A stretch of DNA of 64,000 nt from the NCBI GenBank assembly GCA_028534125.1, contig CM052819.1:53878001-53942000 (forward strand), written 5' to 3'. The translations under genes and the position numbers were made by a program. Positions within the stretch are counted from its first letter, which is position 1, and each line of letters begins with the position of its first letter. The stretch is from Lama glama. Lineage: Eukaryota. The notes beneath the pieces are model-generated. The model saw only the letters and a program-made list of their open reading frames with translations, did not search any database and had not been told where the DNA came from. Shown piece by piece: positions 14,300 to 25,503 of this stretch.

Positions 14300-14760
14300 C
14301 TCAATATTTGAAAATCTGGAGATTTCACATAAAAATCGAGGTTCATCAGGTCTATTAAAACATTCAAGCTCTATCAGCCCCAGCCTCTCAGCAGCGGTTC
14401 TGAAAGTGCAGAGTCTGGCTCAGCAGCAGCTACGTCACCTGGAAGCTTGCTAGGAAGGCAAATTTTCAGGGCTGGAGCCCAGACCTACTGGATTAGAAAC
14501 TCTGGGTGTTGTCTCAGTGTGTTAAGACCCAGGAGACTGAAGCACATAACAGAGGGCACAGCAGTGGAGGGATAACTGGCCGGGGCTGAGGAACAGGGGC
14601 CCCCCTGAAACAAGGTTGGCGGGAGGTGATCTCCTTCACCTGCCAACTCCCCGGCATCCCTGACGCTGACATCAGGAACCAGCTGGCACTGACTGCACTG
14701 CCCACTGCGCTCATTTTCTTTACTGCCCAGTCCCTGGTGGGCGTTGGGCTCCCCAGCTCG
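14300..14760. mobile_element. hAT-Charlie MER102-like element, apparently interrupted by a MER5A-like element (about 14390-14530)
   Basis: 'aaaatctggagatttcacataaaaatc' and 'ctcattttctttactgcccagtccctggtgggcgttgg' resemble MER102. The internal 'cagcggttctgaaagtg...cacctggaagcttgctagg...cccagacctactggattagaaactctgggtg' resembles MER5A. Confidence 0.6.
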
Positions 14761-15764
14761 GACCGAGAGGGACCACCCCTTCTCACAGCTGGGCTGTAAG
14801 CCCCTCAGGCACCACACGCCAGCGGGATTGTATCGTTCCAGATCAGAAACATAGTCTGAACGGAAGCAGGCTGCGCACACCAAGGGCACAGCTGAAAGAA
14901 CAAACTGTTGCGTTTTCTTTATTAATCACAACACCATCCGCACAAGCAGCTGCTATTAGGAACAGCTGCAGCTGCTGAAAGGATGATCTTGAAGCCACCT
15001 AGAAAAGTGCTTACAAGTTGCACACCAACCACAAGCACGTGCAGCCCTGCAGTCTATTGCCTTGGCTCTTCCAGCCGATCCTCAGTGCCTCTCTCTGGAC
15101 CAGAAATCCTCCTTCCCCCATACTCTGAGGTGAGGTAGGAGGGGTAGGTTTTTGGAATGAGCATCACACAAAGAATATGGGGTGAGCTTCAGAGGACTTC
15201 AGTTTGACTCCACCTCAACCATTTAGAGACCTTGAGAGAGCTACTTAATGTCTCTTGATCAGTTTCATCCCATGTTAAAAAAGAGGCAATAATAAGACCT
15301 ACCTCATATGGTTACTGTGAGAAGTCAAAATTAGGTTATGCCTATGAAAGTATTTTGCAGACTGTGGAGGTCCAGGTAAAAAATAAAGGCTTTATCATCA
15401 TCCCATGAAAACTGCAGTGTGACCCAGAAATCAGCTAATACAGAATCCACTGTTACTAGCTTAGGGCTATCAGAGGTGAAATCAGAGAATTACATGCTAC
15501 AAAGGGCCTTCTGGGGACCTGTAACCCAACCTTTCTACACTGTCCTCCTCTCCCCTAGTCCCTGAATTCTATCAACAGGAGCCTACCCATAGGGCAGCCC
15601 CACTTGGAAAGTCTCTACCTGTGGGAAAATCACTACATTCTAAGGCAGGCGCCCATTCTGTCCACCTTGGGCAGAATCTGAATATAGACCATCCCTCCTT
15701 GTAGACGCCAAATAAAACTTGCTATAATTTAAGCAGCCTTGAAAGCTGCTTTCAAATGCACCCA

Positions 15765-16140
15765 CCCCAGGGCCTTTGCATATGTTGTTCTAGCTACCTG
15801 AATACTCTTCCATCAGTCTTCAGATGCCTGGGTCCTTCCTACTCTTCCAGTTCAAATGTCACTACTTGAGAGAGGCCGCCTCTACCACTCTGTACCTCAT
15901 TCTACCCAGTTACCCTCCGTCATAATAATCTGTTTGGTTTTTTTCTAAGCACACATCCCTGTTTATTCGTGAGCTCAAATCTTGTTGAATCCCCCAAAGA
16001 ACATAAGCCCTATGGAGGTAGTGACCTTGCTTCTCTTATTCACCACTCTGTGCACTTAGGATGCAGTAATTACACCATAGTAATTATACTAGTTCATGAT
16101 AGGCACTCTGATATATGTTGAACGAATTAATGAACGAATG
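15765..16140 (+). mobile_element. L2 3' end
   Basis: 'cagggcctttgcatatgttgttc...ttcaaatgtcact...gagaggcc...ttattcaccact...atatgttgaacgaattaatgaa'. Confidence 0.8.
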
Positions 16141-17949
16141 CTTAACACTATTCTACGTACATTGTAAATATTCAAATACTCGTTAGAAGAAACAAAAACG
16201 TACACAAGACTTACACCAACTCCCACTATTAACTTAACTCACAAATAGTAATCATGTCTTCTTGTGTTGAGGAAAGAACTATAACAAATAAACAAACTGA
16301 ACAACAGTTCCCCATGCCAGCTTTATTCATAGCAGCACTGTCCCTAGTAATCTGTCTCTCTTGTGCAGAGGGGATTCATGAAAAGGCACTTAAGTGGATG
16401 AAAAAGAAGATGGCTGTTTCTTGGAGACAGGTCCTCACATAATGGCATAATTATGAAGTCTCCTTAAAGAGATCACTCAGCTGGCAAGTACTCACCCAAG
16501 TCCATTGTGAACACTGTCTCAGACCCTCAGAAGCAGACGGTCGAGGCCCAACAATCAGACACGGAGAATGTGTACCCACAGAGTATGTACTTAGCCACGA
16601 CACCCTCAGCCAGCCTCACCTACCCTGTACCAGGGAGGGTGGGAGAGCCCAGAGAGGCATGGAAGCCACTCCCCTTGCCTGGTCTGGGAACACGGACTCA
16701 GGCCAGCAACCATGAAAGATGCCTGGGGGAAAAAGCCACAAGCCCTTTGCAGGCAGTGTGTGGAGAAGACACTGGAGATCTGGGCAAAGCCCTGTTCTAT
16801 AATCTACTAACCTACTCTATGACCCCCAACTAAGTCATGTCACCTCCCAGAGTCTCAGTACTCCCATCTGTAAATGTACCAGTTCCTATACAACAGTTCT
16901 CAACGACCGGTCCAAAGACTATACCACACCATACCAGATGCTAATACGTACTGTAATCTATAAAGCACTGTACAAAGATGAATTATTATTGACGGCAAAT
17001 AACAGTAGTTTATGATCATAAAGAACTGCTGCAATTTGAATTCCAAAGGTGGCATCTGAACGCTTGTACGCTGACCAATAAGTACACAGAACACCTTCGT
17101 GGGAAAGATGACTTAACGCTTTCTGCACATCCTTTAAAGCCCCAAGTGTGGGCGTGCAGCAGGCTCTCAAGTACCCCGGATGCCCAGGGAAGAAAAGCCA
17201 GAGTCTACAAGAAAGGGGACATTTCCACAAGTCACTGTTTGCTGCTCTCAGTCAATAAGCTACAGCAATTACTTGGGACATTCCTTAAACCGCCCTGTGA
17301 TAAGTTTTGAGGATGTTATTTCTGGGATCTAGAAAAAAACTCCCCTACCACATAAGGAGATCAAAAAAAGATTTTCTTGACTCCAGAGAAGATGACATAG
17401 AGACTGGCTTAATGGGACGGGGAAGTCATAAAGAGACAGTGTCAGAAAGAGCTCATGCCTTAAATAGAGCCTGAAATAAGGCAGCTTCACACAGAAAGGC
17501 TTTTTTTAAAAATGAATCAAATCACTTAACATTCTGTTAGTAACTAGTGTTTACATGACCTCACTGGGTGCTGCCAAGATAAAGGAGCAGAGATTACTTA
17601 GCCAATAGCATGGGGAAGAATGTGCTGGGGGCTATAAAAGGTGACCAGGTGTTAGAAGAACCCAGAGGAAAGGAAAATTTTTTTCTCCTTAGAGAGACAA
17701 AGGAAAGCTTCATGAGTCAAGTGGCATTTGAGCTGGGAGAAGAAAACAAAGCAGAGATAAGGTGTCAGAATGTTGTCATCAGAAGCTGAGACTCTTAACT
17801 GCCTCTGTGACATAGATGTCTTGACAGGTTAGAAAAGCAACCAACTTTGGACCCCTGCAAAAAAAAAAAAAAGTATATTTAAATAAATGTTAACATTACA
17901 CAGAACTTCAAAGAAAATTGGCATTAAAACACAAAATACATTTAAAAAA

Positions 17950-18283
17950 TAAATCCATGAGTAACATATGTGACTCTCTATTAATGCATTAAATAAAATC
18001 TAACAGCAAATCTGACATCCACCATAATTTCAAAGCAGTGATAAATGATTTTTTTCAAGGCATCTGTAACAACTGTAATGTGAAATGGAAATATCTGTGA
18101 TTTCTATTGGCAACAAAAGCAAAAAAACAAGAGGTACTGCTAATGGCTTGGTACCTACTTTTATAATGGAAGGAAATTCAGTATTTCAGTTAGAGGTTAA
18201 AAATAAAAGATGTCATTTTTCCCCATTCAAGTCCACAGACTCCAAGTTTCCATTTTTCCATGGACCGTAGGTTAAGAAATCCT
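17950..18283. mobile_element. hAT-Charlie (Charlie2-like) DNA transposon terminal fragment
   Basis: 'ggaaatatctgtgatttctattgg...ggtactgctaat...ggaaggaaattcagtatttcagttagagg...ccatggaccgtaggttaagaaatcct' resembles a Charlie end ('ggttaagaacccctg'). Confidence 0.65.
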
Positions 18284-18764
18284 AATAAAGAAAACAGCCT
18301 GAGAAAAAGAAGTAAAGGAGAAATGCGGGTAATGTTACGAGAACACGTAGAACACGCAAAGACGCGAAGAGGAGGAGGCACTGAAAGGCTGGTCAGACCC
18401 TCAGAAGTCACCAACAAGAAGGTCCGCCATCCCGCAGTCATCGAATCGCAGAATGCGCTCTAAGTTCCAGAACAAGCATCTTCTTTTGGAATCAAAGATG
18501 AATGAAAGGAGCTGAAGAACACCTTCCACAGGTTCCAGCTTCTGTTCAAATGTGCAGCAGATGACAGCGTACTGACAAATGTACTAAAGACACACATATC
18601 CGATACGATTATGTACATAAAACATATGCATGTAAGTATGAGTGGGTAAAAGCATGTTTTATAAACATAGATGTCTAGGGGGAAAAAGTACATCAACTAT
18701 TAACACTAATTAGAATTTGGAGGTGATTTTACCTCTTTGTATTTTCTATAATTGGAACATGGGC

Positions 18765-19035
18765 AAAAAGGGCCCAAAGAGGTTAGGTGACTTATTCAGG
18801 GTAACACATTCTAGACAGTACAAAACAGAGCTGGAACTAGAACTCAGTCCTTCTTCGGTACTCTCAGATTCAGAACTGAATACACTTGTACACACGAGGT
18901 AGGTATGATTATTTGCGCCAACCTCCATACTCTTCTGAATATGAGACTCAGAGTCTGTTAAGTGACTTGCCCAAAGCCACACAGCAAGTAACTGGAAGAG
19001 CTGGGGCTAGAATCTGGTTCTCCTGCCCCTCCGGA
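18765..19035 (-). mobile_element. Two tandem MIR fragments
   Basis: 'ggcccaaagaggttaggtgacttattcagggtaacaca' and 'actcagagtctgttaagtgacttgcccaaagccacacagcaagt'. Confidence 0.75.
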
Positions 19036-20214
19036 GGGCAGAACAGTGTCACTTTTAAAGGCAAGGGTTTTGCATCAGCCTGACATTGGTTAAGTCCCAA
19101 CTAAGCCATTTACTTGCTGGTAAACTTGAACAAATTCCTGAATTTTTCCAATCCTAGAGTTCCCCATACATCTTTACCTCCAAAGGTTATGATGTCAATT
19201 AAATGATCCAATGATGTGAAACCCTATTACACCCTCTGACACAGAGGAAACATTCTAATCATCTCAGTCACTCTGCCTCCCTGTCTCTGTCCCCCACGGA
19301 AGGACTCCAGCGTTACCTTCCAGGAGCCCACAGACATATCTGCTTGTTAGGCTGAGCAGCCCAGTTCGCGTCTCCAGAGTCAACTGGGATCAGCTCATTG
19401 TGCGTACAAGCCGCTCTGTTGGACGGGGAATGCAACATCAGGCCTAATACGGGACAGGATGTCAGAGTGCTGAGCAGCCAGTTTGGGGATCTCTGGGGAT
19501 TCGGATTCAATAGGTCTGAAACAGGACCAGAGATCCCAAATTGTTAAAAGTCTCCAGGAGAGTCTAAAGAGCTAACACTCAGTGACAAGTTCCTCGCTTG
19601 ACATGAGAGACTCTCCTGTTTCTATAAATACAAAAAGGGGCCCAGTCTAATCCCAAGAAATGCATTATCCGATGGGGGGGCCCAACAAGGCGCCCTGGGA
19701 AGATCCGGGATCATCAACTGTTCCAGGGCTCTCCTGTCACGCAGGGCAGCGACCAACCACCCAGAACCACGGATGGAGAACTGAAACCAACCCAAACTAG
19801 AAGCAAAAACAAATGTTCAAAGGGACTTCCCGGCCCCCGATACATAATGTTTTCCGAGTTGGAACAGACTTCAAAGACGACCTTGTCATCTGCAGATACT
19901 ACAGTACCTTAGTGACTAGAACGCTAAGGAACTTACCAAGACTTGGAGGCCCACAAAGCAACGATCCACAACACAGTCCCTCAATAAAGATGGCTGGATG
20001 AACTTGTTACGGAAAAGTGACATTCAAACACTGGGAAGACAGGGCTTCAAGATGGCCTATTCTGAAGATACAGAAAATGCCTAAAGATATGGCAGGTCCA
20101 GCAGCCCTCAGGAGCACCTCACCAGAGCCCTGAGAGGAGCCGAAAGCCAGCAAACTATGCTCCTGGAGTTGACGGGATCTCCAAAGGCCCGTATGAATTC
20201 AAGTTTTTCCTCAC

Positions 20215-20695
20215 TATTTTACCCTTAGCACCCTGCACACTGCTTGGCAAACGGTAGAACATTCAGTAAATATTTGTTGAATGCATGAAAGTAAGAGGGA
20301 AAGACAGACAGAGACAGATAGGCAGGCAAAAAGAGAACTTCCTTGCTCCTGCAGGCCTAGCAGGCTGCCGAGGACAGCACTTGCCTTGGTGCTGTCTGAC
20401 CCAAAAGCGATGGAAGATGATTGCTCCTACAGTGGAAGGAACATGAGCTTTGGGGTCAGACATACCTGGGTTCAAACTCAAACTCTGTGTGACTTTGGCA
20501 TAAGTACTTGACTTCTCTGAGCTGCACTGTTTCACTTTTAAAAGGGGATAATGCCACCTCCTTCACCTCCACAACAGGCTTGATGATATTTATCCTTACA
20601 AAGGTTATTGGAAGAAAATTACATGAACTAACAGATTTATGCAAAGTAGCTAGCACAATGGCCAGCAACCAGTATGAACTTAACAAACGGCAACG
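20215..20695 (+). mobile_element. L2 3' terminus (about 20215-20290) and full MIR (about 20425-20695)
   Basis: 'cattcagtaaatatttgttgaatgcatgaa'; 'acagtggaaggaacatgagctttggggtcagacatacctgggttcaaact...gtgactttggc'. Confidence 0.8.
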
Positions 20696-21621
20696 TGGGC
20701 TGGAATGAATCATGCCCTCTACAGCCAGAGCATGTATTCTCCTGGGTCACCTCTAATCATACTCTGTAGTCTGACAGCAGGCTGCAGAAACAATTCCAGG
20801 GTTAAGGTCCCTAGATTTTCTAATCATGCCCATTTCTTTTAAATAAATAATAAAATCAGGTATACGTTCCTTTTCAGCTTACAAAGCAACAACATTCACA
20901 CATAACAATTCTGAAACAATGCATTACTACTGTCCACATTTAATAGATATGAATACCATTGTCTGTGTGTAAGAGATGAAAAAACTAAGACCACCTAGCC
21001 AGCAAGAGGCAGACTGAGACAGGAACCACAGATTTTAACATTTTATTATAATGACCATTATTTTCTCAACCTGAAGTTCAAACAAATGCTCTTATTCTGG
21101 AATAAAATACTCGAACTCAGAGTGTTCCAGAACTCACCTTGGATGCTGCTTGGATTACCCTAATACTTACAGTTGAAATCAGCAACAAGGTCCTAAAAAG
21201 AAGAGGCGGTATTTTATTTTATTTTTTTTTTTTGAAATAAAGCCCCTCCTCTAGGTTTAATGCATCAATTCTTAATAGTCTCAACTAAGAAAAGAGGAAC
21301 GAACATGACTCAGAATCGAGCCAACGTGAGTTTCAGCAGCATCGCTTCTGTTTATTGGCCGTGGGACTCTGGATGATTCTTAACTCCAATAAACTTCAAT
21401 ATCCTCACCTGGGTGATGGGAAAGCAATACCTACTCCTAAGGCTGTGTGACGCTCCTGGCGCCAAGAAGGCAATCAGTAAGTGACAACTTCCCTAATGAC
21501 CACATCATGGTATCAACTGTTTGGACTGGAGGGGAAGCGATGGCTTGTTTCTTCCTGGCTTTTCTAGCTTCTGCATAACCCCTGTTCTGCATCTGTTCAA
21601 TGGGGATACAACCAGCCTTCA

Positions 21622-21809
21622 NNNNNNNNNNNNNNNNNNNNNNNNNNNNNNNNNNNNNNNNNNNNNNNNNNNNNNNNNNNNNNNNNNNNNNNNNNNNNNN
21701 NNNNNNNNNNNNNNNNNNNNNNNNNNNNNNNNNNNNNNNNNNNNNNNNNNNNNNNNNNNNNNNNNNNNNNNNNNNNNNNNNNNNNNNNNNNNNNNNNNNN
21801 NNNNNNNNN
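21622..21809. other. Assembly gap (188 N)
   Basis: Run of N. Confidence 0.99.
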
Positions 21810-24748
21810 TTCTCTTAAAAGACCAGGGTGTAGAAAGAAAGGAGTGAGTCTAGATGACTCCTGCAAACATCTGCCTCCAAAGGACTCAGAATCTCGGGAC
21901 AAGCAGAGAATGTCAGGACAAACCGCGGAGAGCTGGGTGACCACCAACAGGCTCAGATCAGCTCCACTGACTACGCAGATCCCTGCTGTGATAAGACAGT
22001 GGAGTTGCCTGGTGCTGATGGGTCAATGGTTATGACAACAGTCTATCACCACTTGGCTCTTCTGTGGAAAGTTGCCTCTCATCGAGAGAAGACAAAAAGG
22101 ATCTGGGAAGCTGGGGGTCTTCAGTCCAGGCTAACAGTCTTATACAGACAGGGGCTGCCCCTGCCAACTGCCTAAAAACAGAGGTAGTGTTACCCACAGC
22201 TCCATCAAAGAGGTCTGCACCAAATTCCTCTCCCATTTAGTTCTGTGTGAGGGCATAACATTTCCAAGTCGCTGACAATCCTCAGGTACCGCTCAGAAAG
22301 AGGCAGAACAAAGCCATGAGGACTCACCCCCCTCACCCCCCAACCAAAACTCCTGGAAATAAGGGCCTGCCACCACCCCAGCAACACCTTCACAAACTGA
22401 GGGTCATTAAGATAACTTATTCGCATATTCATAAAAGACTGTGGCAAATGAAACAAAGTACACAGAAAGGGATTTTGGGGTTTTTTTTGTTTTTTGTTCA
22501 GCCCAGTGAAAATCCGCTTTAGAAAAAGTAAACCCACACAGGGACCCTCACTGTTGCCAAACCTTCACTTGTCTAGAGCGGCCGGCACCTCATTAAAGGA
22601 AAGCAAGGAACTCACAAATGAATGCAGCACCACACACAGGCAAGCTCATTTCGCCATCTGCTTTCTAGTGTCCAGAGGGGCAAGAGGCTTAAATGACATT
22701 CTCCTGAATTTTCTCTCCTGCAGGTGGAAACATCAAATTCCTAGGGGGCAAGAAAGACGTCTCTTGCAAGGTCAACTGGGTAAAAAGGAACAAAAGGGAA
22801 TTTCATTGGCCTGTCAACACAATGCCACTCATGACATTAAACACATGTATAAATTAAGCACCCTGCAATAATTCACCCTTCATATCTGGGTAAAGCCTTT
22901 GTGAAATCAGTGTATCAGCTGTGGGGTTAGCTGAGAAGTTCCTAATGAGCTGGGCATGGAAACTTACCCCTCCCCTCATCTTCCCATTTTCTGTTTCACG
23001 ACTATCCTGATCAGTGGTGACCCAGTATGTTTTTCTAGCGAACACCTAGGGCAGGAGACATCAGAATTGATGCGGGGGCTGTACCAACACAATGGCAGAC
23101 TTCCATGATTTATGTCAAAGAGAAAGGCTGTGATTAAGCAACTTAAATAACTGCCCTGAGCCTTCTCTGTGTATCCCCACCCATCTGACAATCACTGTGC
23201 TAGTTTCCAGATCTGGAAGCTCATCCCACTATCAGGTTAAGGAGCTGTTTAAACACAGACACACAGACACCACGTTTAATTCATCTGGACACAGGCTGAA
23301 TGGCCGGATATCTCAACAGAGAGCTTTACAACGCCATACACAAGCTAGGCTATGCTGGGGAAGTGTGGAGCAAAAGGTAAAATCCAGCCCCAAGTTTTAA
23401 CATGCTTCATCCAACTTCCCAGAACGTTACTACTGCCCGCTGCCACACGTTCAATTAGTATTACACCCCCCCCAACCCGCCCCAACCCCCGGGACTGTGA
23501 GGAGGAAGAAACCCTAGAGGTCAGGTACCCTGCAGGAGAACCAGCAACCGCAGAAAGCCGGCTGAAATTCAAGTAGGCAGCGGGAGGAAGGCAAAAGCTG
23601 TCTTCCCGTGCGGTCAAAGACCTTTTTCAGTCAAATTTTCCACTACCTGGAAAACTGCCTCAGAATGTATTTGTAGAGCGCTCAGAGACACGGGTTAGGG
23701 CAGCGCTACATTGGAGCACCGGTCCTGCGGAATGTGAACGGCCAAGCCACGTACTGCACGGCAGCCAGAGTTGCACTGTCGGAGCTGCAAGCTACCTGGG
23801 GGGTCACAGCAGCCGACACTCACACAACACCTCAGTAGCAATAATCCTACCGACAGGATACCTGGGGAGGCGCTCGGTCTCCCGGGCCTGGCCCGATTAT
23901 CTTCCTTCACGTAACATTAAGCAATCTCTTAAGGACCTGTAGGTGCCGGGCTGGGGGATGGGAGTGGCGGCATTATTCTACACCCGGACGTCCCTGGGGT
24001 TCGAAACCCGAGACACCTCTCAGGCCAGCACAGAGACAATACACAAAGAGGAGGGGGCTGGCGCTCCTTGGGGTTGGAGCTCCGACCGCAGTCATTCTCG
24101 AGCTGGCAATTAGGAATTCCGAGCTCAGCAAGAACCCCGGAGAAGCACCGGAAATGCTTCCGACCGCTTTAATGGGAAATCTGTTTGCAAACCAAAGTTG
24201 CAGAACTCCGGGCGCCCAGCCTCCTTCAGCGGGTTACTAGGGAACACCCAACAAGTTTGGCCACCGGGGGCTCGGCGTGACAGCGCCGCGCCGTAAGACT
24301 GGAGAGCAACTTGTCGCTCGGGCGCCAAGCCAGAGCCCCAGGCTATCTCGGCGCCCCGAACTCTGGAGAGCACCCGAGACTCGGCGTTGGGAAGGGGCAG
24401 GTCGGTGCCTCTGGAGACAAATCCCTGAACTGAAAGGGGCCGCCGGTTCTCACCTGGACCGCGCGGCTTCCAGGGGCTTCCCCTCAGCAGTGAGACGTTT
24501 CACCACAAAACACCTCACCTGCCTACCAGCCCCCGGCCGGTGAGAAAATTAACAAAAGAGCCAGCGAATGGGGGCGGCAAAGGGACCCGGAGCAAAGTAT
24601 AGTAAGGAGGGGAGGGAAGGCAGCTCCGGTTGCGGCAGAGAAAGAAGGGAAGAGGCGGGACAGAGATGGTTTATACCCCCCGGCACCTGGCTCCGGGAAG
24701 ACAACCAAGAAGGAAAGAGAGCGCGAGAAGGGGAAATGGGTTCTTTAC

Positions 24749-25008
24749 NNNNNNNNNNNNNNNNNNNNNNNNNNNNNNNNNNNNNNNNNNNNNNNNNNNN
24801 NNNNNNNNNNNNNNNNNNNNNNNNNNNNNNNNNNNNNNNNNNNNNNNNNNNNNNNNNNNNNNNNNNNNNNNNNNNNNNNNNNNNNNNNNNNNNNNNNNNN
24901 NNNNNNNNNNNNNNNNNNNNNNNNNNNNNNNNNNNNNNNNNNNNNNNNNNNNNNNNNNNNNNNNNNNNNNNNNGCTGCCTTGCTGGCGGTGGGAGCCGCC
25001 ATCTTCAT
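24749..25008 (-). CDS. MB21D2: MB21D2 (C3orf59; Mab-21/cGAS-like nucleotidyltransferase) coding exon 1, mostly hidden by an N gap (24749-24973)
   Basis: Minus strand reads ATG AAG ATG GCG GCT CCC ACC GCC AGC AAG GCA GC = MKMAAPTASKA(A), matching the mammalian MB21D2 N-terminus as I recall it (human MKMAAPTANKAASLG...). It sits in a CpG island, with a GTAAAG donor just after the gap. Only 35 coding nt are visible. Confidence 0.88.
24995..25005 (-). promoter_or_regulatory. YY1 consensus site overlapping the second ATG
   Basis: Minus strand AAGATGGCGGC matches the YY1 consensus (AANATGGCGGC). Confidence 0.6.
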
Positions 25009-25331
25009 ACAAAACGCGCCGAGTAGCAGCTCCGCGGCGGCAGCAGCACCCACCCCCGCCCCCCCGCCCGGCCCCCTGGGCCTCCTCCCCTCGCGGGCTC
25101 GCTGGCGGTGACCCCCGCCCGTGGGCGGGCTGGCGGGCGGGCGTCTAGGCGGGCGGTCCCGGCTCGGTGCGCTCCGGGCGTCCGGGCTTCAGGAGGAGCT
25201 GGACTGCAGCGAGAGTGCGTGTGTGTGGCCCCGACACCCCTTCCTGCGGCCCCACGCCGGTCCCGATGCTGCAGGTCCCTGCCGTCCCCTGGCCCTCGCT
25301 GGCAACGGCGATAGCTCTGGTAGCACTAACC

Positions 25332-25503
25332 NNNNNNNNNNNNNNNNNNNNNNNNNNNNNNNNNNNNNNNNNNNNNNNNNNNNNNNNNNNNNNNNNNNNN
25401 NNNNNNNNNNNNNNNNNNNNNNNNNNNNNNNNNNNNNNNNNNNNNNNNNNNNNNNNNNNNNNNNNNNNNNNNNNNNNNNNNNNNNNNNNNNNNNNNNNNN
25501 NNN
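25332..25503. other. Assembly gap (172 N) in the MB21D2 promoter region
   Basis: Run of N. Confidence 0.99.

Larger units (their letters stand above)
1..24748 (-). other. MB21D2: MB21D2 intron 1 (5' part; continues beyond the window start)
   Basis: Begins with GTAAAG on the minus strand directly after the gap holding exon 1. No downstream MB21D2 coding sequence was recognised in 1-24748, consistent with the known two-coding-exon structure and very long intron. Confidence 0.8.
23480..25331. promoter_or_regulatory. CpG island / MB21D2 promoter and first exon
   Basis: Sharp rise in GC content and CpG frequency against a CpG-depleted background. Several GC boxes (gggcgg/ccgccc) at 25055-25156. 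Confidence 0.92.
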
